From Mycolicibacterium smegmatis (GTDB taxonomy: Bacteria > Actinomycetota > Actinomycetes > Mycobacteriales > Mycobacteriaceae), in NCBI RefSeq assembly GCF_001457595.1, contig NZ_LN831039.1, forward strand, positions 540,001-572,000: 32,000 bases of DNA. Direction: 5' to 3'. The notes under the pieces were generated by a model. That model was not told the origin of the DNA. It made no database searches and saw only the letters and a program-made list of their open reading frames with translations. The position numbers and the translations under genes were made by a program. Below are positions 15,809 to 25,266 of the stretch, piece by piece; the first letter of the stretch is position 1; the number at the start of each line of letters is the position of its first letter.

Positions 15809-16876
15809 ATGTCTCGGGATTTGCCGCTGACCGTGGCGGCGGCCTTGACTGTTCCGCCACTCGACCTGGGATCGGTGGTGGCCGGGCAGCGCGGGCTTAC
15901 CCGCGAGGTCCTGTGGGTGGACATCATGCACGCACCTGCGGAGTCCTTCGTCCGTCCCGGCGACCTGGTGCTCACCACCGGCGCCGATGTCCGCCAGCCC
16001 GGAGTGTTGGACTTCCTCACCTACGTCGTCACATCTGCAGCCGCCGGGGTGGTGATCAGCCCGCCACCCGAGGCCGCCGTCGACGAACTGCTCGTCACGC
16101 TGGTCCCGTACGCCGAGCAACACGAGTTCCCGGTGGTGGTGCTGCCGTGGGAGGTCGCGTTCTCCGCGGTCCAGCGAAGCCTGCTGCCGCTTCTGACGCC
16201 CCTGGCGCCCGACGAACTGGTCCAGATGGTCATCGGTCGTCGTGAACGCGACGACGCGGGGTGGAACGACTTTGCCGAGGTGTTCGCAAAGAATCTGCAG
16301 GAACTGGCGCTCGCGGCGGGGGTCACGGTGAGATCCTCGGTGACCGACGACCTCGTGATGAGTCACTTCTCGCCGGCCCCGTCGTCGTCGACGGTGTCCG
16401 CCCTTGTCGAAGCGGCCAAGCGGCTCAACGCAATTCAGCAGACCGCGGTCAGCTGGGTGCTGCTGCCTCCTCAGGAGGCGGTCAACGCGGCCGCCACCAC
16501 GGCACCGCGGACGCCCGCCCCCGAAGGCCCCGTCGGGCCAGTGCAATTCGCCGACGTGCTGCGCCAGCATCCGCAGTGCATGGCCATCGTGCTGCAGACG
16601 CTGCAACCGCTGATCGACTACGACCGCACGCGCCGCGGGCAACTCGTCCGCACATTGGAGGTCCTGCTCAACGAGGCCACCAACATCAGCGCGGCGGCCA
16701 GGACGTTGTACCTGAACCGGCATTCCCTGCTGTACCGGATCAAGCTCATCGAGGAACTCACGGGTCTGTCGCTCAAGAACCCCGCCGACCGGTTCCAGCT
16801 CGAGGTGAGTGTGCGCGTACACCAGATCAACGAGGCTCGCACCACGGCAGGCCGCGCTGCGCGGCTCACGACCTGA
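15809..16876 (+). CDS. PucR-family transcriptional regulator
   Basis: N-terminal PucR-type domain (LTVAAALTVPPLDLGSVVAGQRGLTREVLWVDIMHA...FVRPGDLVLTTGADV); C-terminal HTH RTLEVLLNEATNISAAARTLYLNRHSLLYRIKLIEELTGLSLKNPADRFQLEVSVRV. Alternative GTG start at 15797. Confidence 0.92.
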   Translation: MSRDLPLTVAAALTVPPLDLGSVVAGQRGLTREVLWVDIMHAPAESFVRPGDLVLTTGADVRQPGVLDFLTYVVTSAAAGVVISPPPEAAVDELLVTLVPYAEQHEFPVVVLPWEVAFSAVQRSLLPLLTPLAPDELVQMVIGRRERDDAGWNDFAEVFAKNLQELALAAGVTVRSSVTDDLVMSHFSPAPSSSTVSALVEAAKRLNAIQQTAVSWVLLPPQEAVNAAATTAPRTPAPEGPVGPVQFADVLRQHPQCMAIVLQTLQPLIDYDRTRRGQLVRTLEVLLNEATNISAAARTLYLNRHSLLYRIKLIEELTGLSLKNPADRFQLEVSVRVHQINEARTTAGRAARLTT

Positions 16877-16885
16877 GGTACGCGC

Positions 16886-17632
16886 TCAGCGACGTGCGGA
16901 GTGCTCGACCAGGAGCGACGCGGCGCCGGCATCGAGGGTGACATGCACGTCTGGATGACGCTGCAGGATGCTGGCCGGGCACTGTTCGGTGATCGGGCCG
17001 TGCAGTGCCCGTGCGACCGCGTCGGCTTTCTGCTCTCCGCCGGCGATGAGCTCGATGCGTCGCGCGCGCATGATCGTGGCGAGTCCCTGTGTCAGGCACT
17101 CGTGAGGCACCTCGTCGAGACCGGAGAAGAACCGCGCATTGGCTTTTCGCGTCGACTCGGTGAGTCGGGCCCGGTGGGTGCGGGAGGCGAACGACGTGCC
17201 CGGCTCGTTGAACCCGATGTGCCCGTTGCGCCCGATGCCCAGGATCTGCAGATCGACACCCCGCTCGGCCAGAAACGCTTCGTAGTCCGCGGCGTCCTTG
17301 TCCGGATCATCGGCAGTACTGTCGGGAACCCGCAACGACGCGGGATCGAGGTGCAGTGGCGCGACCAGAGCACGTTCCAACTCAACCCGATAGGACTGTG
17401 GATGATGTGTTGGCAGACCGAGATATTCGTCGAGCGCGCACCAGGTCACCCGCGTCACGTCCAGGCCCGCATCGACATATCTGGCCAGAGCGGTGTACAC
17501 CGGCAACGGTGACGACCCGGTCGCGACGCCGATCACCGCATCGGGTGTGGCGCGAATCAGCGCCGCGATGCGCGCGGCGACCGCCTCGCCCGCGGCCCTG
17601 GTATCGGCGGTGATGTCGACCGTCGGTGTCAT
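16886..17632 (-). CDS. nagB: Glucosamine-6-phosphate deaminase
   Basis: 248 aa: VIGVATGSSPLPVYTAL, WCALDEYLGLPTHHPQSYRVELERAL, QILGIGRNGHIGFNEPGTSFASRTHRARLTESTRKANARFF, ALTQGLATIMRARRIELIAGGEQKADAV. Confidence 0.96.
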   Translation of the reverse strand: MTPTVDITADTRAAGEAVAARIAALIRATPDAVIGVATGSSPLPVYTALARYVDAGLDVTRVTWCALDEYLGLPTHHPQSYRVELERALVAPLHLDPASLRVPDSTADDPDKDAADYEAFLAERGVDLQILGIGRNGHIGFNEPGTSFASRTHRARLTESTRKANARFFSGLDEVPHECLTQGLATIMRARRIELIAGGEQKADAVARALHGPITEQCPASILQRHPDVHVTLDAGAASLLVEHSARR

Positions 17633-19005
17633 GCGGCCAGTGAGCTCTTCGCCAGCACCCGGGCCAGATCGGGATTGGCGGCGATGTAGCCCGCCAGCAA
17701 CTGGCGGGCCACGGTCACCGAATCCACCAGCGGGTGCAGTGCGAACGCTTTGAGCGCCTCATCGGTGGAGCCGTTGACGGCCGCCGAGATCGCGTGCCGC
17801 TCCACGGCTTTGACCTGCTGCATGAGACCGAGTTGGTGAAGATCCGGCTGGCTGTCGAGGGTCAGCGGGTGCACGCCGTTGGCGTCGACGGTGGTCGGCA
17901 CCTCGACGACCGCGTCGGTGGGCAGGCCGGCGATGGTGCCCCGGTTGCGGACGTTGAGGATCATGGTGCGCCGCTCGTCGCGGCTGATCGCCGCCATCAC
18001 ACCGAGAGCCACACCCGCATAGCCCAGATGCGCCGGATCGGTCTCGCGCTCACGCTCGACGGTCGGGTTGCCCTGCACGCCGCCCTTGGCCTCGGCCATG
18101 TAACTTGCACCGCGCTCATCGACCGCCTCGCCCCACAGCTTGGCAGCGGTGTCGGGATTCTCCGCGGCCTCGGTGAAGAACTTGCCCTGGGTCTCGAGCA
18201 GGAAGTCACCACGGGTCTGGGGGGATTCGAGTATGCGGCGCACCGCATCACGGTTGAAGTAGTAGTAGTACAGATATTCGTTCGGGATCACGCCGAGGGA
18301 GTGGATCCATTCGGCACCGAAGATCTGGGTTTCCTCCATGCGGCTCAACCGGTGCTCGTCGGCGAGCAGGTTGGGCAGCACGTCCACGCCGTCCACCAGC
18401 ACGCGCCGCATCCAGCCGAGGTGGTTGAGGCCCACGTAGTCCATCTGGATGCGGGTGTGATCGTAGCCGAGCACGCCCGCCACCCGGCGTCCCAAACCCG
18501 AAGGCGTGTCACAGATCCCGAGTGCACGGTCACCCAGAACGGTCTGCAGCGCTTCGGTGATGATGCCGGCCGGGTTGGTGAAGTTCAGGAAATATGCCTG
18601 CGGTGCGACCCGTTTGACCGTCTCGGCGATGTCGAGCATCACCGGAACGGTGCGCAGCGCGTAGGCGATCCCGCCCGGGCCCGTGGTCTCCTGCCCCAGC
18701 ACGTTGAGGTCGAGTGCGACATGTTCATCGCAGCACCGCTGTTCGACGCCGCCGACGCGGATCGCCGCAAACACGAAATCGGCGCCCTCCAAAGCGGGTT
18801 CGAGCTCGGTGTAGGTGCGCAGTGCGGGGGTGTCGTCGAACCCGAGGGCCAACTGCTCGCAGATGGTGGTGACGGTGGCCAACCGGGTCTCGTCGACGTC
18901 GTACAGGGCCACCTCGGTCACGCGGGGTGTGCCCTGATCGCGGATCAGCGCCTGCCAGACGTAGGGGGTGCGGAATCCACCACCACCGAGAATGGCGAGT
19001 TTCAT
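17629..19005 (-). CDS. Glycoside hydrolase family 4 protein (6-phospho-glycosidase type)
   Basis: 458 aa: MKLAILGGGGFRTPYVWQAL, IRVGGVEQRCCDEHVALDLNVLGQETTGPGGIAYALRTVPVM, YFLNFTNPAGIITEAL, GICDTPSGLG, VGLNHLGW; overlaps nagB by 4 bp. Confidence 0.93.
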   Translation of the reverse strand: MKLAILGGGGFRTPYVWQALIRDQGTPRVTEVALYDVDETRLATVTTICEQLALGFDDTPALRTYTELEPALEGADFVFAAIRVGGVEQRCCDEHVALDLNVLGQETTGPGGIAYALRTVPVMLDIAETVKRVAPQAYFLNFTNPAGIITEALQTVLGDRALGICDTPSGLGRRVAGVLGYDHTRIQMDYVGLNHLGWMRRVLVDGVDVLPNLLADEHRLSRMEETQIFGAEWIHSLGVIPNEYLYYYYFNRDAVRRILESPQTRGDFLLETQGKFFTEAAENPDTAAKLWGEAVDERGASYMAEAKGGVQGNPTVERERETDPAHLGYAGVALGVMAAISRDERRTMILNVRNRGTIAGLPTDAVVEVPTTVDANGVHPLTLDSQPDLHQLGLMQQVKAVERHAISAAVNGSTDEALKAFALHPLVDSVTVARQLLAGYIAANPDLARVLAKSSLAA

Positions 19006-19778
19006 GCGACTATGACCTTCCTGCCGGCCTCACGGCGCTTGGCGATTTCGTCCTCCGGGGTGCCGGAGGTGGTGATGAGCACGTCGACCTCGTCGAGCGT
19101 GCACAGGCGCAGTGCGCCGGTCCCGGGGAACTTGACCTCGCTGGCCAGCAACGCAATTCGCTGTGACGCGGCGATCAGCGCCTGCTTGATGGGGGCCTCG
19201 ACGGCCATGTTGTCCACCACACGGCCACCGCGAACTCCCGTGCAGCTCAGGAACATCAGATCGGCGCTGAGCTGTCCGATGAGCTGCTCGGTGAGCGGGC
19301 CCACCAGCGACTGCTGATTGCGCCGCAGCACGCCGCCCAGGAGCACCACCTCGACCGTGTCGTCGTCGCGGATCTCGTCGAGCACCGCGAGGTTCGAAGT
19401 GATGACCGTGACGGGCCTGCCGCGCAGTTCGCGGGCCACGAGCGGGGTGGTCGACCCGATGTCCAGGACGATGACGTCACCGTCGGAGACCAGCCGTGCC
19501 GCCTCCGCGGCGACCCGCTTGCGCAGCGCGAAGTCGGGACGGCTCTCGAAGGTGTACGGCTCTTCGACCGCGCCGGAGTCGGTGATGTTGGCGCGGCTGC
19601 CCGAGGTGAGCATCGCCCCGCCGTAGAGCCGCTTCAACCGGCCGGATTTGGCGAGGATGTCGAGGTCGCGACGGATGGTCGACTCGCTGACGCCGAGCGC
19701 CTCGGCGAGCTGAACCACCGACTGTCCGCCGTCGGCCAGCTCGGCGAGTATCCGTTCGTGACGCTCGGCGAGGAACAT
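19002..19778 (-). CDS. DeoR/GlpR-family transcriptional regulator
   Basis: Start MFLAERHERILAELADGGQSVVQLAEALGVSESTIRRDLDILAKSGRLKRLYGGAML at 19778; C-terminal DeoR sensor region DVIVLDIGSTTPLVARELRG...VTSNLAVLDE. Confidence 0.94.
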   Translation of the reverse strand: MFLAERHERILAELADGGQSVVQLAEALGVSESTIRRDLDILAKSGRLKRLYGGAMLTSGSRANITDSGAVEEPYTFESRPDFALRKRVAAEAARLVSDGDVIVLDIGSTTPLVARELRGRPVTVITSNLAVLDEIRDDDTVEVVLLGGVLRRNQQSLVGPLTEQLIGQLSADLMFLSCTGVRGGRVVDNMAVEAPIKQALIAASQRIALLASEVKFPGTGALRLCTLDEVDVLITTSGTPEDEIAKRREAGRKVIVA

Positions 19779-19951
19779 GGGAAGAATCTTACGCAGAATT
19801 TGACAGAGTTTGCGCGACTCTGACTGGTTCTGGCGGAAATTTCTCGAAATAACTCCCTGGAGACGGCTTTGAAACGTTATTGTCATCCGGTACATGCACG
19901 CTGACCGCGCAAGTACGTCAAACTACGTCACCAATGGGGAGGGAACCGCGC

Positions 19952-20938
19952 GTGACCGAGCGCGAAATCGACGTCCTGGTCGCAGGCCGGGTCTACAGCG
20001 ACCTGGTGTTCACGGGTGTGAACGCCCCGGCCCCCGGCGAGGAGGTCTACGCCGACGGGTTCGCGATCTCGCCGGGAGGCGCCGCGAACCGGGCCGTCGC
20101 GGCCGCGCGACTCGGCGCACACACCGCGCTGGTCACCGAACTCGGTGACGACCCCATAGGCTGCATCGTCGCGCGCAGCCTGCAGAAAGAACCGAACCTC
20201 GACCTGCGCTACGCCGTCCAGCACCCCGGATATCAGATCCCCATCTCGGTGGCCATCACCGACGGCCACGACCGGTCGTTCGTCACCTACGAACACTCCG
20301 GGCATCTGCCGTCCTGGCCCGAAGACATCCCGGTACGGGTGGCACACGTGGGGCTCGGTCGCGGTCCGGTCCCGGCCGAAGCAGCGCATCTTCGCGCGCA
20401 AGGCACCCTGCTCGTCGGTGGCGTGGGCTGGGACCCGTCGGGTGAGTGGTCCGAGGAACTGCTCGATCACCTCGCGGGCGTCGACGTGCTCATCGTCAAC
20501 GAGATCGAAGCGCTCCTCTACACCCGGGCCGCCACCGTCGAAGAGGCCCTGGAGGTCCTGGCCGGCGCGGTCGAGACCGCCGTCATCACCCTCGGCCCCG
20601 ACGGCGCGATCGCGGCCCAGGGCGCGACACGCCTGCGGGTACCCGCCATCGCGGTGGAGGCCGTCGACCCCACCGGGGCCGGCGACGCGTTCACCGCGGC
20701 ATTCATGGTCGCCACGGCGTGGGAGTGGGAACTGGCCGACCGGCTGAGGCTCGCCAGCGCCTGCGCGACGTGCTCCGTGCGGGGCGCCGGGGGAGCGCGC
20801 AGCGCGCCGCACCCGGCCGACATCGCCGACCTGCTCGCCGACTGCTGTGCCGACCCGGACTGGACGCCGGTCCGGGAATGGGCCGGCCGACATCGCCAAT
20901 CCACTGTCCCCGCAACCCCAGGAGCCCTGACGTCATGA
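19952..20938 (+). CDS. PfkB-family carbohydrate kinase
   Basis: Start GTG 19952 after GGGAGGGA: VAGRVYSDLVFTGVNAPAPGEEVYADGFAISPGGAANRAVAAARLGAHTALVTELGDDPIG and VEAVDPTGAGDAFTAAFMVA. Confidence 0.93.
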   Translation: MTEREIDVLVAGRVYSDLVFTGVNAPAPGEEVYADGFAISPGGAANRAVAAARLGAHTALVTELGDDPIGCIVARSLQKEPNLDLRYAVQHPGYQIPISVAITDGHDRSFVTYEHSGHLPSWPEDIPVRVAHVGLGRGPVPAEAAHLRAQGTLLVGGVGWDPSGEWSEELLDHLAGVDVLIVNEIEALLYTRAATVEEALEVLAGAVETAVITLGPDGAIAAQGATRLRVPAIAVEAVDPTGAGDAFTAAFMVATAWEWELADRLRLASACATCSVRGAGGARSAPHPADIADLLADCCADPDWTPVREWAGRHRQSTVPATPGALTS

Positions 20939-22305
20939 CCAGAACGCGCCTCTTCCGATTCGGTTCCGCCGTCGCATCCACCCTCACCGTCGCGGCGCTG
21001 GCGTTGTCCGCCTGTGCGCCCGGCCCATCCGGTGACTCCGGTTCTTCACCCGCCCCCACAGGCGAGGTGTCCAAGGACATCGCCTCGGCGGGCCCGGTGA
21101 CGCTGACCGTCTGGGACCAGAACACCGACGGTGGTATCCGAGAGGCGCAAGAGAAGCTCAACGCCCAGTTCCAGGAGATGTACCCCAACGTCACCATCAA
21201 ACGCACCGTCGAGTCGTTCAGCGACCTGAAGACCACACTGCGCCTTGCCTTGTCGAGTAACACCCCACCCGACGTGGTGCAGGCCAACCAGGGCTACCCC
21301 GACATGGGCGCGTTCGTGGCGGCGGGCATGCTGCGCCCGATGAGCGACTACGCCGAACTCTACGGGTGGAACACCTATTACCCGGAGGCGCTGCTCAAGC
21401 AGAACAGCTTCAGCAGCGACGGCAAAACCTGGCAGGGTGACACGCTCTACGGGGTGTCGCAGACCGGCGAGGTTGTCGGGATCTTCTACAACCGCGAGTT
21501 GCTCTCCTCACTGGGCCTCGAAGTCCCGAAGACGTTGGACGACTTGAACGCCGCGATGGAGGCCGCGAAGGCCAAGAACATCCTGCCGATGGCGTTCGGC
21601 AACCTCGACAAGAGCCCCGGCATCCATCTCTACGGCGTGGTGCAGGCCGCGCTGGCCGGTGCGCCCGCGGTCAACGACCTGGTGAGTGGCAAGGGCGGAG
21701 CCTGGACCGACGAACCGTCGCTCAAAGCCGCACAGCGGATCGCCGACTGGTCGACGAAGGGCTATCTGACACCCGGCGCCAACGGCGTCTCGCGTGACGA
21801 CGCCATCGCCGAATTCGGCCGCGGCGGAGCCCTGTTCACCATCACCGGCACCTGGATGCAGCAGCCGCTGCAGGATGCTCTCGGCGACAAGGCAGGCTTC
21901 ACCACGCTCACCTCCGACCAGGGCGAGCCCGCCACCACCGGCGGTCAGGGCCTGGCGTGGGCGATCACATCGAAGTCGGCGCATCCCGACGTGGCGGCCG
22001 CGTACATCGACTTCATCACCAACGCCAAGGCCTCGCAGTTGCTGCTGGACACCGGCAACCTGCCGACGGTGCTGCCATCGGGGTACGAGCCCGAGGCAGG
22101 CACCGTCGCCGCCGACATCGCGACGCAGTACCGCGACGTGCAGGAGGCCAACGGTGAGGTGCCGTACCTGGATTACGCGACGCCCACGTTCTACGACACC
22201 ATCACCGCCGCGATGCAGGAACTGGTCGGCGGGCAGGCCACCCCTGAGCAATTCGTCGACACACTGCAGAAGGACTACGCCGACTTCCTGGCGAGCCAGA
22301 AGTGA
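20935..22305 (+). CDS. Carbohydrate ABC transporter substrate-binding lipoprotein (CUT1 type)
   Basis: Start ATG 20935, ATGA overlap with the kinase stop; MTRTRLFRFGSAVASTLTVAALALSACAPGPSG...VTLTVWDQNTDGGIREAQEKLNAQFQEMYPNVTIKR. Confidence 0.94.
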   Translation: MTRTRLFRFGSAVASTLTVAALALSACAPGPSGDSGSSPAPTGEVSKDIASAGPVTLTVWDQNTDGGIREAQEKLNAQFQEMYPNVTIKRTVESFSDLKTTLRLALSSNTPPDVVQANQGYPDMGAFVAAGMLRPMSDYAELYGWNTYYPEALLKQNSFSSDGKTWQGDTLYGVSQTGEVVGIFYNRELLSSLGLEVPKTLDDLNAAMEAAKAKNILPMAFGNLDKSPGIHLYGVVQAALAGAPAVNDLVSGKGGAWTDEPSLKAAQRIADWSTKGYLTPGANGVSRDDAIAEFGRGGALFTITGTWMQQPLQDALGDKAGFTTLTSDQGEPATTGGQGLAWAITSKSAHPDVAAAYIDFITNAKASQLLLDTGNLPTVLPSGYEPEAGTVAADIATQYRDVQEANGEVPYLDYATPTFYDTITAAMQELVGGQATPEQFVDTLQKDYADFLASQK

Positions 22306-23264
22306 CCGTGGCGCTTCGTCAGCCGAACGAGCCCGCGTCCCCGCCCGGTGACACCACCGCGGCGGGGAGGCGGGTCGCACAGCCGAAGCGGCGGCGCTCG
22401 CGCCGGTCGGTGAAGCCCTATCTGTACGTCGCCCCGGCGTTCGTGGTGTTCGCGGTGTTCCTCGGAGCGCCGGTCCTGCAGACCGTGCAGTACTCGTTCT
22501 ACAACTGGGACGGCTTGGGCGTCGCAACCGTTGCGGGGCTGAAGAACTACGTCGCGGTGTTCGGCGACGAACGGTTACGGGATTCGTTCCTGCACGCCGG
22601 TGTGCTGATGCTGTTCTACGCCGCCGCACCGGTTTTCATCGGTCTGGTGCTCAGCGCGCTGATCTCGCGCGCACACGGCCTGCGCTCCATGTCGTTCTTC
22701 CGCACGGTGCTGTTCCTGCCGCAGGTGATCGCCACCGTCGTGATTGCCACCATCTGGATCTCCATCTACTCCCGCGACGGGCTGTTCAACCAGACCCTGC
22801 GTCTGGTCGGCCTCGACTCGATCACGCGGGTGTGGCTGGGGGACCACACCTTTGCGCTCATCGCGATCGGCCTGATCGGCACCTGGCTGAACATCGGCCT
22901 GTGCTTGGTGCTGTTCCTGTCGGGGATCGGCAACATCCCGCCCGAACTGTTCGAAGCCGCTCGCCTCGACGGGGCCGGGCGTGTGCGCGAATTCGTGGCG
23001 ATCACGCTGCCGTCGCTACGGGGGCAGATCGCCGTGGCACTGACCCTGACCGTGGTGTCCGCGCTGAAGACCTTCGACCTGGTGTTCATCACCACGCGCG
23101 GCGGCCCCGGCAACGCGACGTCGGTGCCCGCGTACGAGGCGTACAACCGGGCCTTCAACACCGGGCAGGTGGGGCTGGCCTCGGCCATCGCCGTGGTGCT
23201 GACGATCGTCATCGTGGTGCTGACGGTTCTGATCAGCCGTATCGCTCCCCGGGAGGCAGAGTGA
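22302..23264 (+). CDS. Carbohydrate ABC transporter permease (MalF/UgpA-like)
   Basis: 320 aa; PYLYVAPAFVVFAVFLGAPVLQTVQYSFYNWDG and EAARLDGAGRVREFVAITLPSLRGQIAVALTLTVVSALKTFDLVFITTRGGPGNAT. Confidence 0.95.
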   Translation: MTVALRQPNEPASPPGDTTAAGRRVAQPKRRRSRRSVKPYLYVAPAFVVFAVFLGAPVLQTVQYSFYNWDGLGVATVAGLKNYVAVFGDERLRDSFLHAGVLMLFYAAAPVFIGLVLSALISRAHGLRSMSFFRTVLFLPQVIATVVIATIWISIYSRDGLFNQTLRLVGLDSITRVWLGDHTFALIAIGLIGTWLNIGLCLVLFLSGIGNIPPELFEAARLDGAGRVREFVAITLPSLRGQIAVALTLTVVSALKTFDLVFITTRGGPGNATSVPAYEAYNRAFNTGQVGLASAIAVVLTIVIVVLTVLISRIAPREAE

Positions 23265-24085
23265 AGCTCACCCGCACCGAGCGGATCGTCAACCAGTTGA
23301 TCCTCGGGGTCTTCGCCCTGTTCGCGGTGATTCCCCTTGTGGGCGTGCTGTTCTCGTCGATCACACCGCCCAGTGAGAACCACGGCGGCTTCGCGGTGCC
23401 CCGCAGCGTCGACCTGGGCAACTACGGTGCGGCCTGGACGCGCGGGAACTTCAGCAGCTACCTGCTGTCCAGCGTGATCGTCACGGTCGCCGTGGTGATC
23501 CTCAGCGTCGTGCTGGCGACCTTCGCCGGATACGCGTTCGCACGCATGAAGTTCTTCGGATCTTCCGTGCTGTTCTATCTGCTGCTGCTCGGGCTGACGC
23601 TGCCGACCGAGGCGTTCATCATCCCGCTGTACTTCAACATGCGGACCGTGGGCCTCACCGACACCTATTGGGCGTTGATCCTGCCGCAGACCGCGCAATC
23701 GCTGGCGTTCGCGGTGTTCTGGATGCGCAACCAGTTCCGCGGATTCCCCGGTGAGATCATCGAAGCCGCGCGGCTCGACGGCGCGAGCGATCTGCGGGCG
23801 CTGTGGCGGATCGTCGTCCCCACCAGCCTGGCGCCCATGATGACGATGGCCGTGATCATCACGATGTGGACCTGGAACGAATTCCTGCTGCCGCTGGTCA
23901 TGGTGGTGTCCGACAACAGGCGCACCGCTCCGCTCGGCCTGGCGTTCTTCCAAGGTCAGCACCTCACCGACTATTCACTGCTGGCTGCCGCAGGCGTGAT
24001 GGTGGCACTGCCCATCGCTGTGTTGTTCTTCGCGCTGCAGAAGCGCTTCATCAACGGCATGGTCGGCGGCATCTCGGTGCGCTGA
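23261..24085 (+). CDS. Carbohydrate ABC transporter permease (MalG/UgpE-like)
   Basis: Start GTG 23261 (MKLTRTERIVNQLILGVFALFAVIPLVGVLFSSITPP) inside ORF 22832..24085; GEIIEAARLDGASDLRALWRIVVPTSLAPMMTMAVIITMWTWNEFLLPLVMV. Confidence 0.95.
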   Translation: MKLTRTERIVNQLILGVFALFAVIPLVGVLFSSITPPSENHGGFAVPRSVDLGNYGAAWTRGNFSSYLLSSVIVTVAVVILSVVLATFAGYAFARMKFFGSSVLFYLLLLGLTLPTEAFIIPLYFNMRTVGLTDTYWALILPQTAQSLAFAVFWMRNQFRGFPGEIIEAARLDGASDLRALWRIVVPTSLAPMMTMAVIITMWTWNEFLLPLVMVVSDNRRTAPLGLAFFQGQHLTDYSLLAAAGVMVALPIAVLFFALQKRFINGMVGGISVR

Positions 24086-24111
24086 CCTCTTCACCAACAG
24101 GAGCACAACCC

Positions 24112-25182
24112 ATGGCTGCCATCCGATTCGAGAAGGCCCAGCTTCGGTACCCTCACGCCCCCACGCCGGCGGTGGCAGAGCTGGACCTGGACATCGCCGA
24201 CGGTGAATTCATGGTGCTGGTCGGCCCGTCCGGGTGCGGCAAGTCGACGACGCTGCGCATGCTGGCCGGCCTGGAGGACCTCACCAGCGGCTCGATCTAC
24301 CTGGACGACCGCGACATCACCACGACACCGCCGCAGGACCGCGACATCGCGATGGTGTTCCAGAACTACGCCCTGTACCCGCACATGACGGTGGCCGGCA
24401 ACATGGAGTTCTGCCTCAAGAACGCGGGCCTGTCGAAGGACGAACGCCGCCGCCGGGTGGCTGCTGCCGCCGAAACCCTCGGCCTCACCGAGTATCTCAA
24501 CCGCAAGCCCAAGGCGCTGTCGGGTGGACAGCGGCAACGTGTCGCGATGGGCCGCGCGATCGTGCGCAACCCGCAGGTGTTCTGCATGGACGAACCACTG
24601 TCCAACCTCGACGCCAAGATGCGTGTGCAGACCCGCACCGACATCGCCAAACTGCAACGCGAACTCGGCGTCACCACCATCTACGTCACGCATGACCAGA
24701 CCGAGGCCATGACGATGGGGGGTCGTGTCGGCGTCATGAAAGACGGTGTTCTGCAACAGGTCGGCGCACCCATGGACCTCTACGACCGGCCGGCCAACGC
24801 ATTCGTCGCGGGCTTCATCGGGTCGCCGGCCATGAAGTTCTTCGACGCCCAGCTCGGTGACCGCACGCTCGGCGTGGCCGGGCACGACATGGCCGTGCAG
24901 TGCGCTGCCGACTTGCGTGGCCCGGTGCTGATCGGCGTGCGTCCGGAAGGATGGCGGCTCACCGCACCCGATGCCGGCATCGCCGTGAAGGTCGGTGTGG
25001 TCGAGGTACTCGGCGCCGATTCGTATCTGTACGGCACCGCGATCCATGCCGGGGCCGACGTCGACGTCGTCGTGCGCGTCAGCACGCGCGACGGTATCCG
25101 CGCCGACGACACCGTGCACGTCACCGCCGACCCGGACGCGATCCACCTGTTCGACAACGAAACGGGCGTGCGGCTCAATTAG
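24112..25182 (+). CDS. Carbohydrate ABC transporter ATP-binding protein (MsiK/UgpC-like)
   Basis: Start ATG 24112 (MAAIRFEKAQLRYPHAPTPAVAELDLDIADGEFMVLVGPSGCGKSTTLRMLAGLE); ALSGGQRQRVAMGRAIVRNPQVFCMDEPLSNLDAKMRVQTRTDI; C-terminal TOBE-like domain. Confidence 0.96.
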   Translation: MAAIRFEKAQLRYPHAPTPAVAELDLDIADGEFMVLVGPSGCGKSTTLRMLAGLEDLTSGSIYLDDRDITTTPPQDRDIAMVFQNYALYPHMTVAGNMEFCLKNAGLSKDERRRRVAAAAETLGLTEYLNRKPKALSGGQRQRVAMGRAIVRNPQVFCMDEPLSNLDAKMRVQTRTDIAKLQRELGVTTIYVTHDQTEAMTMGGRVGVMKDGVLQQVGAPMDLYDRPANAFVAGFIGSPAMKFFDAQLGDRTLGVAGHDMAVQCAADLRGPVLIGVRPEGWRLTAPDAGIAVKVGVVEVLGADSYLYGTAIHAGADVDVVVRVSTRDGIRADDTVHVTADPDAIHLFDNETGVRLN

Positions 25183-25266
25183 GCTGCAGCAGTGCGCCGC
25201 TCGTAACACCACGGCGGAAAAACGCGCTCAGGACCGCCACTGCGTTACGCACGGCGGGATCCGAAC

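Noticed and set aside
16872-16890. CTGAG-N7-CTCAG at the convergent junction of the PucR-type gene and nagB
   Set aside because: Only a 5-bp stem, easily due to chance, and it overlaps both stop regions.
20446-20934. N-terminal extension of the ORF called as 20446..22305
   Set aside because: Overlaps the PfkB kinase in another frame and has Arg/His/Gly-rich composition. The lipoprotein signal peptide begins at the ATG at 20935.
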